Below, one piece after another: positions 14,721-28,753 of a DNA stretch of 64,000 bases. A model generated the notes under the pieces. The model was given only the letters and a program-made list of their open reading frames with translations, made no database searches and was not told the origin of the DNA. The DNA comes from Laetmonice hystrix (taxonomy: Eukaryota): contig OZ249437.1 of assembly GCA_965235115.1 (NCBI GenBank), forward strand, positions 11,656,001 through 11,720,000. The letters run 5' to 3'. How positions within the stretch are numbered: position 1 is the first letter of the stretch; each line of letters starts with the position of its first letter. The position numbers were made by a program, and so were the translations under genes.

Positions 14721-15775
14721 GTAGTAAATGTTTAAATATATCGATAAGGTTTAAGTTTACTATTGAAGTTGACCCTGGGGTCATGACAGCACACCTACTT
14801 GTACGTAAGGCTGAGCAAATTGTACACATTTTTGTCCCCCTTTTTTTCGTGTGTGTGCAACTTGAAAGGGATGAAAGGCATTTGTTTCATCAGAAATGTA
14901 CAAAGCTCTTGCCGAAAGGTTGCACAGTGCCCCATATACTGGTAGCTTGCTTTCGTTATCATACGACATTTTACCAATGATTTTTGCATGGGTGTCTCAT
15001 CACATTTCATTGGTGTGGGAAACATTGATTTATTTGTTTTATGTTGGAAAACATGATGCTGGTGAAATGGACACATCGGAAATTTGAAACATTTTTGCTG
15101 TGGCCTTATCCTGTTGAATTACTCTTGTTATGCTGCATGTTTTGGTGACCATTACAATGGTACCCATTTCCATTTGAGAGTTGTGCATGAGTGAGGTCAA
15201 CTTTCTTGTAGGGTTCAAAACCGCTGGACCAACTTGTATACCACTACCGGTATTGATGGTAATAAAACTCAAACCACTACCACTTCTCCAAGGTACAGTA
15301 GAAGTTCCACAAATTGATTGGGAAAGGTATCATTATTAATTAACCAAATCACAGTGACAACATCGGTTTCTCACTAATCACAGAGGCGTATCCATAGACT
15401 CCTCCTTCCCCCTCCGACATCTTAGATAATGGTGTGCTTTGTAGAATAGTCTGGCTTTGCGACCCTTGCCTCTACCGCTTGGGTCGGCTCTACGGGTGGA
15501 AGGATACTTAAAATTTGACCTGTCTTATTGAAAATCCTCATGGTAAACTGTAATTAGTACACTGAACGGAATGGTCTATTTTCCTGCACCTTCTTTCCGA
15601 TGGGAAACGAACCTTACAGTCAAGTTTGGCCTCCATTCTCAGTAGCTAGCTTTCCTCCATTCATAACAATTAAGGCAAGATGGAGGGACTATAGTCTGTA
15701 AGATTAGCGATAAGAATTAGAAACTACTTTACGTTACTAAGCTGAAAACAAATCCTTTAAAACGTTTAAGCATGT

Positions 15776-15789
15776 GTTACCATGGTAAC
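15776..15789. promoter_or_regulatory. RFX X-box, perfect palindrome GTTACCATGGTAAC, in ELAV hinge intron
   Basis: Matches GTNRCC-N-RGYAAC consensus; related sites at 1884-1897 and 18794-18807. Confidence 0.4.
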
Positions 15790-16440
15790 GGTATAAGATA
15801 ATTCCACTAATGTAATGTTGCCAGTAGTTTTGTCATTTCACTGAGATACTTCGAAGAGCATTGACCATAAAATGATAAAAACACCTTTGCGATTTAGAAA
15901 GGGATATTTAGTTTTTGTCATAATATTCAAATTCTGGAAATCCAATGTAATATTATTGTATTTAGCGAGGTGTCACACTTTTGTTGCTAAATGTATTATA
16001 TTGACAGCCATGAAGGCCAACCCAGTATCCACACACTGTCGGGTTTTACCTCTGAAATATTAAAGGATCTAGAAAGGTAATCTATCAGTCATAGCCATGA
16101 AATTAATCAAAATAAGGGGATCCTAGTCGGGTGGGGGTGGGGGTGGGGGTGGGGGGGGGGGGGTATTCATAACGACCAGAAGCTCGAGTGGTGCTCGCAG
16201 GTTATCGAGATGTAAAATGCTCGTATCTTGGAGATATACTGTGAATTAATCCTGGGGACGTCGTTCTGCTCGCAGCCTGTCAATGCACCAGGCGTACATA
16301 ACAAAGACGTTTTGACAGGCACCACCCGTGATGAACGGAAACCCGAGTCGTATACAAGATTATTGAGCACTCGGAAGGCCACACCATTTACATGGGGTGA
16401 AATGACCTTCGGATAACAGGCAGGTCTGCTTAGACTGCAG

Positions 16441-16506
16441 CGTTTTAGAACCAGTTGCTGCTGCTGCTGCTGCTTCTACACAGACCGCCCCGAACGTTCT
16501 AATCTT
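16441..16506 (+). CDS. elav: Candidate 66-nt alternative hinge exon with Ala6 tract
   Basis: gactgcag|C GTT TTA GAA CCA GTT (GCT)6 TCT...ATC TT|gtaagg; phase 2-2, open frame; poor polypyrimidine tract. Confidence 0.25.
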
Positions 16507-17889
16507 GTAAGGCACAACTAAAGTAGGCCACCGACACGTCAAAATTTCATGGAAGAATGTTGGCTCTGACAAGGTGATAACTGTGCACAGCTGTTAGGGA
16601 ACTGCTTCATGTCCTAGTGGAGCCGAGGCCGGTGTTCGGGAGGCCCGTCTGTAAGCAGCTCAAAACAGCAAGCAGAAGGACAAGAAACACTAAATACGTG
16701 ATCTTCCTAACACAGCGCCTAAAGCATCGATTCTCATTTACACAATTCATGTCACATCGCGCCACATCTGCGCAAGATTTGATCTACGTGAAGCACTCCC
16801 CTATTAGCGGAGAAAAATGGCTTCACAGCTTCGTTGTCTTTGTCTTGGCATTTGCTTTTAAATTGTATACGTTAATGAAGTATTCATGTATCATGCTCAA
16901 TAGACAATACCCAATCCTAGTGGAACTGTCGGATGAAAATTACATTTCTTTGTGATTTCTTGGTGTTGTCTTAGGCTGTGGTGTAATGCGAGTTGAAGGC
17001 AGCTGGCAAACAGCGAGGGGATGGCACAATCTTCACGCTGATCTATCTTAAGGTCAACTGCAATTAGGGCTTAGCTTGCACCTGTGACGGCATCAGAGTC
17101 TTTAGAACGCAGATAATCTAGCCAGTACAAAGTCGATCTTCCCTTGGGCAATAAACCGCCTGGTGCATACCGTAGGGAGGATTTTTTTTATTAACATCTG
17201 CGAAATTTACCTTTCTACCCAACCGAAGTGTTTGGCTAGCGGGTCGTTGTGGACCAGGTCTTGGACGCACACATAAGGGATGTGTGCATGAGTGCCCTTC
17301 CTGATGTGGAAATGAGCTAGCGTTTTTAATAAAATTTTAATAAATTTATTCATGAATAGTTACAAACGATGTATAAATGAACTCTCTAGAGCAGTACTAG
17401 GAGGGTATTATAATTAGCAGACAGCAGCGGAGGCGGGGGAGGAGGGGAAGGTTAGGTTTGTCAGCAGACGAGATAGTTTAATTCTCGGGTAGCCATGAAT
17501 TATGGACAATTACCTGACAAATGATTTGCCGGGAGTTGTGGGATGTCGAGTGTGTGAGTGGGTTGGCTTTTACATTGGCTGTTATCAGATGTGTCAATAA
17601 TTCAATGGAGCTTATGTCTTTTTTCTCGTTTTTAAAGATTTCGTTCCCCTCATTTTCTGATCAAATATTCAGTTGCCACTACTTCATTTGATGTTGTTCA
17701 AATTTCTTTCATTTCCCCCTTATTTTAATTCTTTTAGATTTATTTTCAGTATGTTTCCCCACACCAGTGAATAATATTTTAATAAGACTGTCCCTATTTT
17801 GTATATCAAATATTACATAAAGCAAGTTAACATTTTAAAGACATGTAATTGATATTGTATGATTTCGCTCATTTCTCCTCTTCAAGTAG

Positions 17890-18318
<429 letters not shown>

Positions 18319-18916
18319 ACTGCATGCAGGAAACATTCGAGTGGAGTGACTGCAGCTAGTCAGAACTCAAGGAATGTACATGGAGGGAGAGGTTGGGCTC
18401 GTCCCATGTGAACTCGACTGTATGTATGAACATTTTGGTCTCACGCCGGCACTGGAGCACATCAAGACAAATGTGTTCACATGTAGTACCCTTGGACGGA
18501 CTCGACATTAATTGTGGTGAAGATTCCACACAGCAAATTTAACAGACTTTTACATTGTCCCATTTCTTATTATAATTTATGTTAGAAGGACATTTTTAGA
18601 GAACATTTATGTTCTTGAGCATAATTTATGAGGTTTCACTGTATATGGAGTACACTAATTTATTACTGTTTCATCATGTTTATTTGATTGTAAGATAGGT
18701 GTTTAAGAAGTACCATTTTTCTTAGAGCAATTTAACTTTTATGAGATTTCACTTTATTTGTGAGTGGTGATCTGTGGTGTAGCCAGCCTCTGTGTTGCCA
18801 TAGTTACTCACCAAACGCTGCTCAGGCTCCTTTGGTTCCAGTATTATAGAATGTGGACAAAGCCGTGTCATATTATTTATGAATTCCAACTTTTGTTTGT
18901 TTCATTGTGGTGAATC

Positions 18917-18922
18917 ATTAAA
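18917..18922 (+). terminator. Candidate proximal poly(A) signal ATTAAA
   Basis: Followed by GU/U-rich tract (ttttggttgctttgtctttcttt). Confidence 0.35.
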
Positions 18923-21742
18923 TTTAATTTGTGTCATGCTAAAGTTTTGGTTGCTTTGTCTTTCTTTATTTCGTATCTTATTTATTGAACTTGAACCTGA
19001 TTTTACTGCAGCAACACCAACAACAAAAACTATTTATTTTAGATGATTGTTGATATACTCTAGTTTATTTATTGATACTAACCATTTAAACAGTAGTTTG
19101 TTAGACCTAACCAGTCCTACTTTTAATTACTAGTGTTTATTGATACTATCTATTGTGTTGTTGTGTGCTTACAATTGCCACAAATCAAACCCAGTTCAAA
19201 GACCAGGATCAATGATTCATAACTTTTGGTTGTCTTGTTTCACATTTGGGGGTCCCTTGTGTTGCATTAATTTCCAGTGTCCCAGTTTAAATTTGCATGT
19301 GATGGATATGAACGAACATAATCCCAACAAACGAACCCTTGGAGCGGAGTGGGCAGTGGCAGTGCAACCGTGGGGGAGTGAGCGTCAAGTTTCGTGTTGA
19401 TACCGTTAGGGAATGACAGATACATCTTCAACTTCCAAGATGAAGCAGAAAGTCTATTTTTGTATGCTGGACCTACTCTAGACGTTGGCTATTAGTGGAT
19501 GGGGTTTGTATGCACAAGTGTAACACCACTATGCTGGGGAGCTTATGCCAATTAAATGTTCTTCCATTTACATGCAGAAACATTTCATACGAACTGGAGA
19601 TTTTCATACATTCAAAATGGTCACATTAGAGAATTGTATATACCTGAGTTAGACCAACGATTTGATAAATTTTACAAGATGGATATCAAGAAACCTCAAA
19701 GGTTTAGAATCAACGATGTTAATATCAAGCGATTGGATATGATATTTCATAATGCACCTGGTCTCTCGATATATTGTACATTGTTATTCATAGACATTCC
19801 TTCTCATGCCGATGTAGAATTTCTATAGGACTAGTGCAGAGTAGCTTTTGTAGAGCTTTTTGCACTCTAAACCTACCTCCATGTGTAAATGCATCTTTAT
19901 TTGGAGGATAAACTATTCTTGGAACATATTTCTAGAAAATTGTGCATTGAATGAGGGATCAAATGTATAAAAGAGGTGTAAAGTCTATTCCAATCTCGAG
20001 TTACATGTATATGGTGATCATGAGTGATGATAATATATGAAGAAAATTGCAATTGCAGCATTTCCAAATTGGAAGTTGTTTCTGGAAAATGGTTGTTTGT
20101 TGTTATATTGTGCCCTGTTGAAGATGATGTAGCACCTACGACGTCGCTTCACCTCTGAAGTGACATGGAATGTACAAAAATTATACGCAATTCAGTTTGC
20201 TAATACCGAATCTTGTGTGTCCTATACCAAAAGAGATTCCAATCTATTTTCCATAGACAGACTGCAGGAGCAAAGCCAAAGCTGGAAAGACTATTCTTCT
20301 ATGGCTCTATACCATGACACATCCACCAACAAACTTTGAGTCATACATGTAGCTCTCAACTATTTGTTATCTCTTGTACGTGCATATATCCTTTGAATTA
20401 ATATTAAACTGATTTTCTGTCAGCTGTTATCCAATGAACATCTTGCATGGCACGTGGCAATTGCATGTTATCCTTCCCGAAAGCTTCAGGTATAATCTTG
20501 TTAGTGTAAATGATGGTGTCCTAATTAGACTTCCTCAGCACGGCTTCACACGTCCTGTGTACTACCATTCTTGGTTATACCATACCATGGAATATATTTA
20601 TTCCCTTTGAAATACTCAGCAAATGGTAAACTTGTAACTGGTTTGATTCCTGAGACGGAAGGCCATTTCAGTTAGTGGCATTAACCCCAATCACCTCCCC
20701 CCTAGCCGGCCGGCCGCGCGCTGGGTGACAGTGCCGGCGGCTGCGGCGGGCGGGAGTGACGGCCGGCCGGTCGGTCCGCTTCCCGGGGCTCCGGGCGGCG
20801 GGGGCGGCTACGGCCTCCGCTCCCGCTGTTATCGCTACCAGAATCGAATGAAACAAAGCAACGAAAAGTGGTCACGTGTGAGTGTTGGTGTTGTAACAAG
20901 AGAACGGAGCACCTGATGGGGAAAAGCGGAATTCCTCTACACAGTAATCTCACAGAACATGGTCTGTATATATAGAGGCAATTGATGGAGCTTTTTCAGT
21001 CGCCAGGTTTTTAAGTCTAGAATTTGACTTCTGTGTTGGACGGCTGGCAGTTATGAATTGATTGATATTCAGGTATTATGATTGGACGATAATTTTGCGC
21101 CCTCCTCTCTGAAGGAGTTCTTAGTAGTTTTAGCTATTGTAGTCGTAGACGAGACATGGATCAATTACATCTTTGGGTGGAAGCCTTGCGATATTTAACA
21201 ATTCTCTATCGCTGCTTCCACCACATTTTGTTCATTTAATGTTTTAATCCTAGTCGCTTGCATTCCATATTAAATGTTGATGTTTCGTGGTTGTTCCAAT
21301 TTCCTGTTCCGTAATTGTCTACTAGCATCTCACACTGGGTTAAGTTGGGCCTCGTATTTGGGTTGTTGCATGGTAGCCTGTTTCTGATTTGGCTGGGTCA
21401 AAGGGTATACCTGACCACGAGTGAGGGTTTTAACTGGAATGGCCGGATCTTGCCCATCTCTTACTCCCAGTATGCTTAGCTTGTTTGAGTTGTTTATATC
21501 AAACATGTCTCTTGAGACATTTTCTACCAAGTGAATCCAGATATAGGAATTCATGTTCACTAAAAGGTGAGAGGGAAATGCCATAAAGAATGACATTAAT
21601 TAAGTGAAATCCTGACAAAATATTAGTACCGGAGAAGATACCATTCTTTGTGAAAACAAGAACAGCCAGCTGTTTGTTGTCGTTTCCTATGTAGTTTGGT
21701 TGTATTGCAATATTTGTACTTTTACATGTCAAAAGATTATAC

Positions 21743-21748
21743 AATAAA
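21743..21748 (+). terminator. Candidate distal poly(A) signal AATAAA
   Basis: TGTA upstream (~21716), U/GU-rich tract downstream (tttttctgtttctg...ttgttgcc). Confidence 0.55.
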
Positions 21749-22038
21749 TTGTATTGAAAATGAACATTTTTCTGTTTCTGATGATTGTTGCCCTGTGATG
21801 ATAGTGGGATCAGTTCGTGTCATGTCGTCAATCTATCAACCGACCACCTATATCTTGACGTGCTCCAGCATGCTCCTCCCTCCCTCTTGTCGGAATATAC
21901 CAGTCGTTCTCAACAGCACGTCCTCCCTCTCACATACTCTGGTTTGGCTTGACATAGCATTACCTGAAGCACAAATGGGAAGGTCGTCTTATAGTATGGT
22001 GAAATGGCCGTGTAGTGTTGAGCTTATATTTGACAGCG

Positions 22039-22122
22039 GTTCTATACACAGATGGTTAGATCAGTTCTATACACAGATGGTTAGATCAGTTTTATGTATA
22101 CACATGCAGATGGTTAGATCAG
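22039..22122. repeat. ~25-bp tandem repeat, 3 copies
   Basis: gttctatacacagatggttagatca. Confidence 0.8.
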
Positions 22123-22902
22123 CTTGCAGTGTTAGGCATGAAAACCATCAGCTCGTTGATGAGACAGCAAGGGTGAGGTTCACCTAGTAACAAAACATTG
22201 CGGTGTCTACTTGCCCCTGATGCCCACAGCATGGATGGCGTTTGTATTGATCCGACCCAGGCAACAACCAGTGCCTTGCCAGGCCACGGCCACGCCGCCG
22301 AGTAGCCATAGTGAAAGATTGATCGCGCAACATTGAATATTTGATGAGATTTAAAATGCAATTCTTTGTGGGTTATGTTTGAACAATGGTAGGGGGTTAT
22401 TAAATAGACGAGCGTGGCGACAAGTCGGGGCGACAACCACAATGTTGGGGAGGGCGACGTGGTCGGTGTGCTCCTTGCGACATGAATATTTCCCTGTTTC
22501 CGACTGTACGGTCATGACGTGTAACCCTGCTTTGTTGCTAACGGATCCAGACAACGCACGGAGCGCACCCCTCAGGGCACGGGTGGGGTGGGGTGGGGAG
22601 GGGTGAGGGTTGTAGAGGGGAGGGGGTAAAGAGACACTGCCATCGGAGAGATTTCCAAGTTCCCCACACCCCATCCACCAAAGAATGCCTGATCTGCTGG
22701 CTCACAGTTACCCGATGTCCAGTTAAAGTCTCCGACGTGTGTAGGGGGGACCGGGTCGACAGAAAGCCACTAACAATGCCGCCCTGGAAGGCAAGGCTTG
22801 GCGGCCGACATGGAGAACAGTCCCGACAAACCTTGCTACAACCACCGTCAGCGCTCTCTGCAATCGGCGCCCGTCTAACAGCCTGCCAGGTCACACAATG
22901 AT

Positions 22903-22937
22903 CAATGAAAGACCTGGAACACGCCGCGCTATTTATA
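22903..22937 (-). promoter_or_regulatory. Candidate Pol II core promoter on minus strand (TATAAATA + Inr)
   Basis: TATAAATA at 22937-22930; TTCATT initiator with A at 22906, i.e. TATA at -31. Confidence 0.45.
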
Positions 22938-25900
22938 GCCTCGAGTCCTCCTTGTTATCCCACCACAGGACACCGGGCATGTAATAAGGGCCAGAGACAA
23001 GATCAAAATAATCCTTTATAATATTTGGTGGTCCCCAACTGGCAGGAGGTGCTGACACTATAGTCGGGCCACAGACAGAACTGCCATTGGACCAGTTCTG
23101 TCCCTGTCTCTCTCTCTCACATACACAAGTTCCTAATGTGGTCGTGCACGCGCATGTGTCTTACCCCAACGTGGCTTTATGATGATTAAACCGAAATTCG
23201 GCCCCAGGCGGTATGTAGCAAAGTGCCGCTATGTGAAGCGCACAGCTGCTGTTGGGAATTTTCGAATCCCGAGTCAAGCGTATCTCCATCACACTGCAGG
23301 CATATAGATCTACGGTTCAAGGGCCAACACATTTGCCTGCATATACATGTTTACAAATTGGGCATCAGAGAATATAAATTATGCACGTGTATACATATTA
23401 TAGTAGCGTTCTCCCATATGGAAGCATACATATAAGACGTTCATGTTGTGCAAACACAAACTTATATGGTTGGATGGATGTGAAATAGGTTGGCCAGTAC
23501 TCAATGTACAGCGTATTATAATTCATATCTGGTTGTGATACAAAATACCATGCATAAAGGGTTTTCCATTCAAAACAGGAAGCAACGGCCTTTCCAATTA
23601 CATTTTTTTTCTAAATTCGCCCCTATAATAATCATTTTGGGCTAAATGTGGGTTTTCGCAAATCGACTGCAATTATCGGGGAAATGCTGGCTATAAAGGC
23701 TCGTAAAGAACCCCCACCCCCCTTAATATTCACCACCAAGGTATTTTACGCTCGTTATTGTAAGAGGTAATTCGCAAAGTGAAAATCTTTCTCAAAATGT
23801 TTATTTGATTGTATACAAGTGTGTTGAATGATTATGACAGAATATGTAGAGCAGTAGGTGATAATGACCCACATGTCGTTCACCGCTCAGTCACAAACGT
23901 GCTTACAGAATGATAACGAGCGACCAAATTATAATACATAATACATGTCAAAATGAAAGTCTGAAATATAGACCGTTTCATTCCATGTACATTTAATCCT
24001 ATACTTATACAGCTATGTATAGGCCCCCTATAAAATTATTTACTCTTAGAACACCTTCCGCTTTATCATTGGCACTGCCCGGAGGGAACGTATACAAGAC
24101 AATAGAGTAGGCACCCGCGGTGTCTCCATATATGCCACGTGTCGCCTGAACTCCTCCAGCGCCGCCCGGTCCTGTGTCCTGTGGCTGGGACAGTGGAGCG
24201 ATCCGATATTATGTGACAGGATTGTATCGGGCTAGGATGGCATCAGGGCACGCCATGCATGCAGCATGAGCCTGGGTCAGACGCGTCACGCACTGCCAGT
24301 CAAGCCCAGCTCCGGTGACCTGACTGACCTAGCAGCAGGCAGCGTCCCGACCGGCCGACCGACCAGACACGGTGGTGGTCGTATACCACAGCCCTGTATA
24401 CCCCGAGGGCCGGGTCATCTTTCTATAGGCCTACATCGGACAATAATGTTCTGTTGAATCTTCCGGACCCATTCATTGATTGAACTATAGCCTATACTGT
24501 GGTCCCGATTTTTCCCTGGTGCATGTATTGCTAATATACCTGCATGCATATTGGACATGCCTCATGCATTGCATAATAATGTAGCCTATACACATACATC
24601 TAGCGTCTCATATGTATATGTACATTGTACAGACATATTTATTATATGACAAACTTTTTATAATTCATGCAATGTTAAAAAAGTCATAACATGGTAGGAA
24701 ATAAATTGATAAAGAACTCGCCTTTTCTCCTGGAAATTTCCTAGACCTATAGATGGTGGGCTTTGGTCGCGGCGAGACATCAGTGCATGCCGATGTATAT
24801 CAATCATTCTAAAAGACCTTTGTGTCAGTGCACCTGTCGGTGAGCATTCCTATAATTCGCTCGAATCTACAACATTCCTATCAAACTCGTATTCAAATAC
24901 AGACTGTAAATGACGCGTCGCTGCGCGAGACGAGTCGCCCCGAGGTTTGAACCGAGGCCGGAGCAGACGACAAGGCAGTGGAATGGGCAGTAAGTAGTAT
25001 ATGGAAATAGGGGCGGACGTGGGTCAAGGGGCTCCGTGCCCAGCAACGGACTGTTCTCTCACAGGTATAATTCGCCATTAAAACACGGACTTACCCCCTT
25101 TTTATAAACTTACTGGCTCTATAATGATAAGTCATTATTACAGCCAAGGTGAGGTGGTGTTGTTTTTCTTTGTGTCTGTTTCTTCCCACCTCAAACTGTT
25201 AATAAGGGAATTCAGTCGTAAGCGCTCTATAATCTCTGGCACAACATCAAAATGTATCAATCAATTATAGAGGCAGATACTTTGATACATTGTGTATGAT
25301 TCCTGTAGGCATGCTGAAACCGTCTCTGCATGCCTAATGAGGTGCCTCTAGCTATAAGTACGGGCTTAAACGGAAACCAAAAGTGGTCATGGTACCGAAG
25401 CGCCGACATTTTATTTTATATGCCACAAAGATTAACACAGAAACAGTCGGGCTTGGGATAATGGCAGGCCCGACGGCGGAATGAAAATATGATGAATAAT
25501 ATCCAATATATCCCCATGGAAATTCCATTAAAACCAAGCACACTTGCATGTCTGTCAATAATATAACTTACGCCTAGCCTTTCACATAGGCAGCCTGCAA
25601 TGAACTAGATCTATACGTTATATAAAAAAAGAGTGATCCTTGATTGTCCTTGCATACGGGGGTGATATTTTCCGTCCTTGCCAGGCGATGTTTGCAATGT
25701 GGAGCGGAGTCAGTTCTCTGGCAGAAACTATCGGAGGATGGTCTGGCAGACGCTCGCTTCATGAGACGTGAATGGGAGATTCCAAGCCCCATATAAACAG
25801 GCACTGACCTCTGACCCCACTCGATCAACCCATCCCCTGTGTCTTTCCATCATTTATTCAGCAGTCCCCGCAGCTATGGGACAGCCGCCCGCGTCGAGGG

Positions 25901-27353
25901 CCCAGTCGAGATGGCAAACCCATTTATAAGCCGAACTCATCTGCAGTATTCTACGAACCAGGGCAGTCATAAAAATTCCTCCCGCCACGATTTTTCCATC
26001 ACTGGATAGGCCACAAAAGATCCAATTTGTAATTTATATGATTTATATAAATGTATGTATGTATTGGTCATACATGTGCGCGTTCATAAACATGTGTAAA
26101 TAGCTGTCGCCGACTCGGGCTCCGGAACTTCATTACAATGTACGGTTTAAAGGGCACAGACGACGTGCAAGAAATATTCACTTTGCATTTGTACAATACA
26201 GTAATGCGCATGACACCGCATATAACCATGGATCGTAGAGATCCCCCACCTATCCTCAGCAGACAGGGCGGATACAGGATTTTGGAGGAGAAATTCGACA
26301 AAACGGGGTCCAACGTGGTCAATTCAGAAAGTTCTATGAAAAAAAAACCCAGACAGATTTAAGCCATGGAGGTCCTGCCCCCTGCCCCCTGCCCCCTGCC
26401 CCCTGCCACCTGCCCCCGGACCCGCTATAAATTGTATACTATTATTACTATATACAACTGTGGTTTAGAGTTTTTTTTTATCTCTTCATTTTGTAAATTC
26501 TACCCCTGACAAATGAACACTTCTACGAACTCGTCAGGCAAATTAGTCGCCATTTTTGTTTTCATGATCTCCAGCAACATGTAGGAAGGCCCTGCACGAG
26601 GGAATCAATCTATCTCCGTCCACACGGTGAACTTAAAGTTGACCTAATAATTATGTTTAATTAAAGGTGACAAAAGTCCGAGCCTCTCCGCCAAATTCCT
26701 TTTTACTGACACTCTGTGGAACCATCAAGGTCAATAGTGCGGGCACTACACTGCTGCTCCTGTCGGGTCGGTTACCATAGCTACCGCGCAATTACAAAGG
26801 TCTAATAGGATTAAGGTCTAACACCGATGTTTCCGATAACCGGACATTCTTTAAAAAATGCTGTGTCTCCTAAAGAATTACACCGGATAATCTATTTCCC
26901 TGATAGTAGATATACCCTTTTAATAGTTCTAAATTATTGGACTTATTGGGACAAATATGTTGATTTGTAAGTAATACTGCCGTTGGAATAATATTTTCAA
27001 ATACATATGAAGGATCAAATATTAATCTCTAGTATGTTATATAGTAGTCTCTAGTAGTCTAGTAAGTTATGTGACTTTAGCCCCTTGCAGGAAACAACAT
27101 GATTTTTGTAATCACATCTTGGAATTTGATAAAATAATGATAAAAATGAAAGTAATGACACCATCAGCAAAAATAAGATTATACATCGCAACATCTATGG
27201 AATTTTATAGTGACAACAATATTGTCTTTATATTTCTAGCCCCAAATCTAAATGTAACCCCTATAAGTCGGTCCCCAGACCTCCCCCATCCAAAACTAAA
27301 ACCCTACCCATGTCTCAAACTCTAACCCTTGACCCCACTTTCGTGGATTACCT

Positions 27354-27841
27354 GGAGACTACCCCTTTTAGGGGTATACCAGGAACTACCCCATTTAACG
27401 GTATAACAGGGACTGACCCTTTTAGGGGTATACCAGGGACTGGCCCTTTTAGGGGTATACCTGGGACGAACCCTTTTAGAGACATACAAGGGACTGGGCC
27501 TTTTAGAGGCATACTAGGGACTAACCCCTTTATGGTTATACCAGGGACTGACCCTTTTAGGGGAATACCAGGGACTGGCCCTTTTAGGAGCATACCAGGG
27601 ACTAACCCTTTTAGGGGCATACCAGGGACTGACCCTTTTAGGCGCATACCAGGGACTGACCCTTTTAGGGGTATATCGGGGACTGACCCTTTTAGGGGCA
27701 TACCAGAGACTGACCCTTTTAGGGGCATACCAGGAACGAACCCTTTTAGGGACATACCAGCGATTAACCTTATAGGGGCATACCAGGGACTGACCCTTTT
27801 ATGGGTATACCAGGAACTAACACTTTTAGGGGCATACCAGT
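27354..27841. repeat. 27-bp minisatellite (~18 copies)
   Basis: Unit ccttttaggggcataccagggactgac; explains the PFRGIPGTD and MPLKGSVPG ORFs. Confidence 0.95.
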
Positions 27842-28650
27842 ACCGGAAACATGCCGATCCAGCGTGCAGTAGATAGCAGTAGTTTCATTCATTGGTTAAC
27901 AGTGACTGCGCCACCACCACTGCCCGTGTCGGGAGGGTGACCTAACCTACATCAAGGGCCTGTGAAATTCTCAGCTGGACTTGGAGACGTCCAGCGCGGC
28001 TGCCCGATGGATGCATCCCTCCTGGGCTTTTGGCAGAGGACGATAAACCAGTGGGTTCCTCCCGGGAGAGGTCCGGCTCGTCGGTCCGGAGATTTATCAC
28101 GGACGGGCACCTGGCCAGGCGAGGCCGCCGAGACGGGTAGCATCAGGTGGGGGCGGGGGGTACAGGGCGGACTGCTGACACGTGGGTAAGGGGCCGCGGC
28201 TGGGGGGCAGACACGGGGGAGGGCCACCGTGTTTAGCTTGGCTTCGGAACGGCCGCCTGGGACCATAACGCTTAACATCTGATAGATTTATCACGGAAAA
28301 CACCGTCGTTACAGGTCCGAATTTACACTGTAAATTTCTCCCCACTTCATGTCCCGGCCGGTCATTCGACATTTTGACATTGGGTTACATGAATAAAAGG
28401 ACGATATAACGTCTTCAATGGCATGCGAAGTTTTATTTGTTCATAGGAAAATTATAAGCAATTTGGTCCATTGCAACATTCAAGATTGCAAAATATTCTT
28501 TCATGATCATGATCCTGTTACATGACGTAGTAGGCTACATGCAGTGGCTTACAACTGACGGTATCTAACATTCCTAACGATGGATCGTCCAAGTACTTTA
28601 GGCCTATTTGTTTGAGCGAGGTTATTTCTTCATTTTCCGTTTCAATAGAC

Positions 28651-28753
28651 CGCATGCGCAAATTGTTAAGGTTCTTGACTTTCCGGATGTAGTATCGCAC
28701 ACTTCTGGGTGTAGTACCAGCTACTTCCGGGCGTAGTATCGTCTACTTCCGGT
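28651..28753. promoter_or_regulatory. Housekeeping-type promoter motif cluster (NRF1-like + tandem ETS-like sites)
   Basis: CGCATGCGCA at 28651-28660; ~22-bp-spaced ACTTCCGG(R)YGTAGTA-like units at 28681, 28701, 28723 and ACTTCCGG at 28745. Confidence 0.45.

Larger units (their letters stand above)
18319..21770 (+). other. elav: Predicted long U/AU-rich ELAV 3'UTR
   Basis: Many ATTTA and U-rich tracts after the stop; first canonical AATAAA I found is at 21743. Confidence 0.5.

Noticed and set aside
27310-27876. 188-aa PFRGIPGTD-repeat ORF (collagen/mucin-like look)
   Set aside because: A 27-bp unit without stops is open on both strands; Gly is not in every third position; no signal peptide or splice context.
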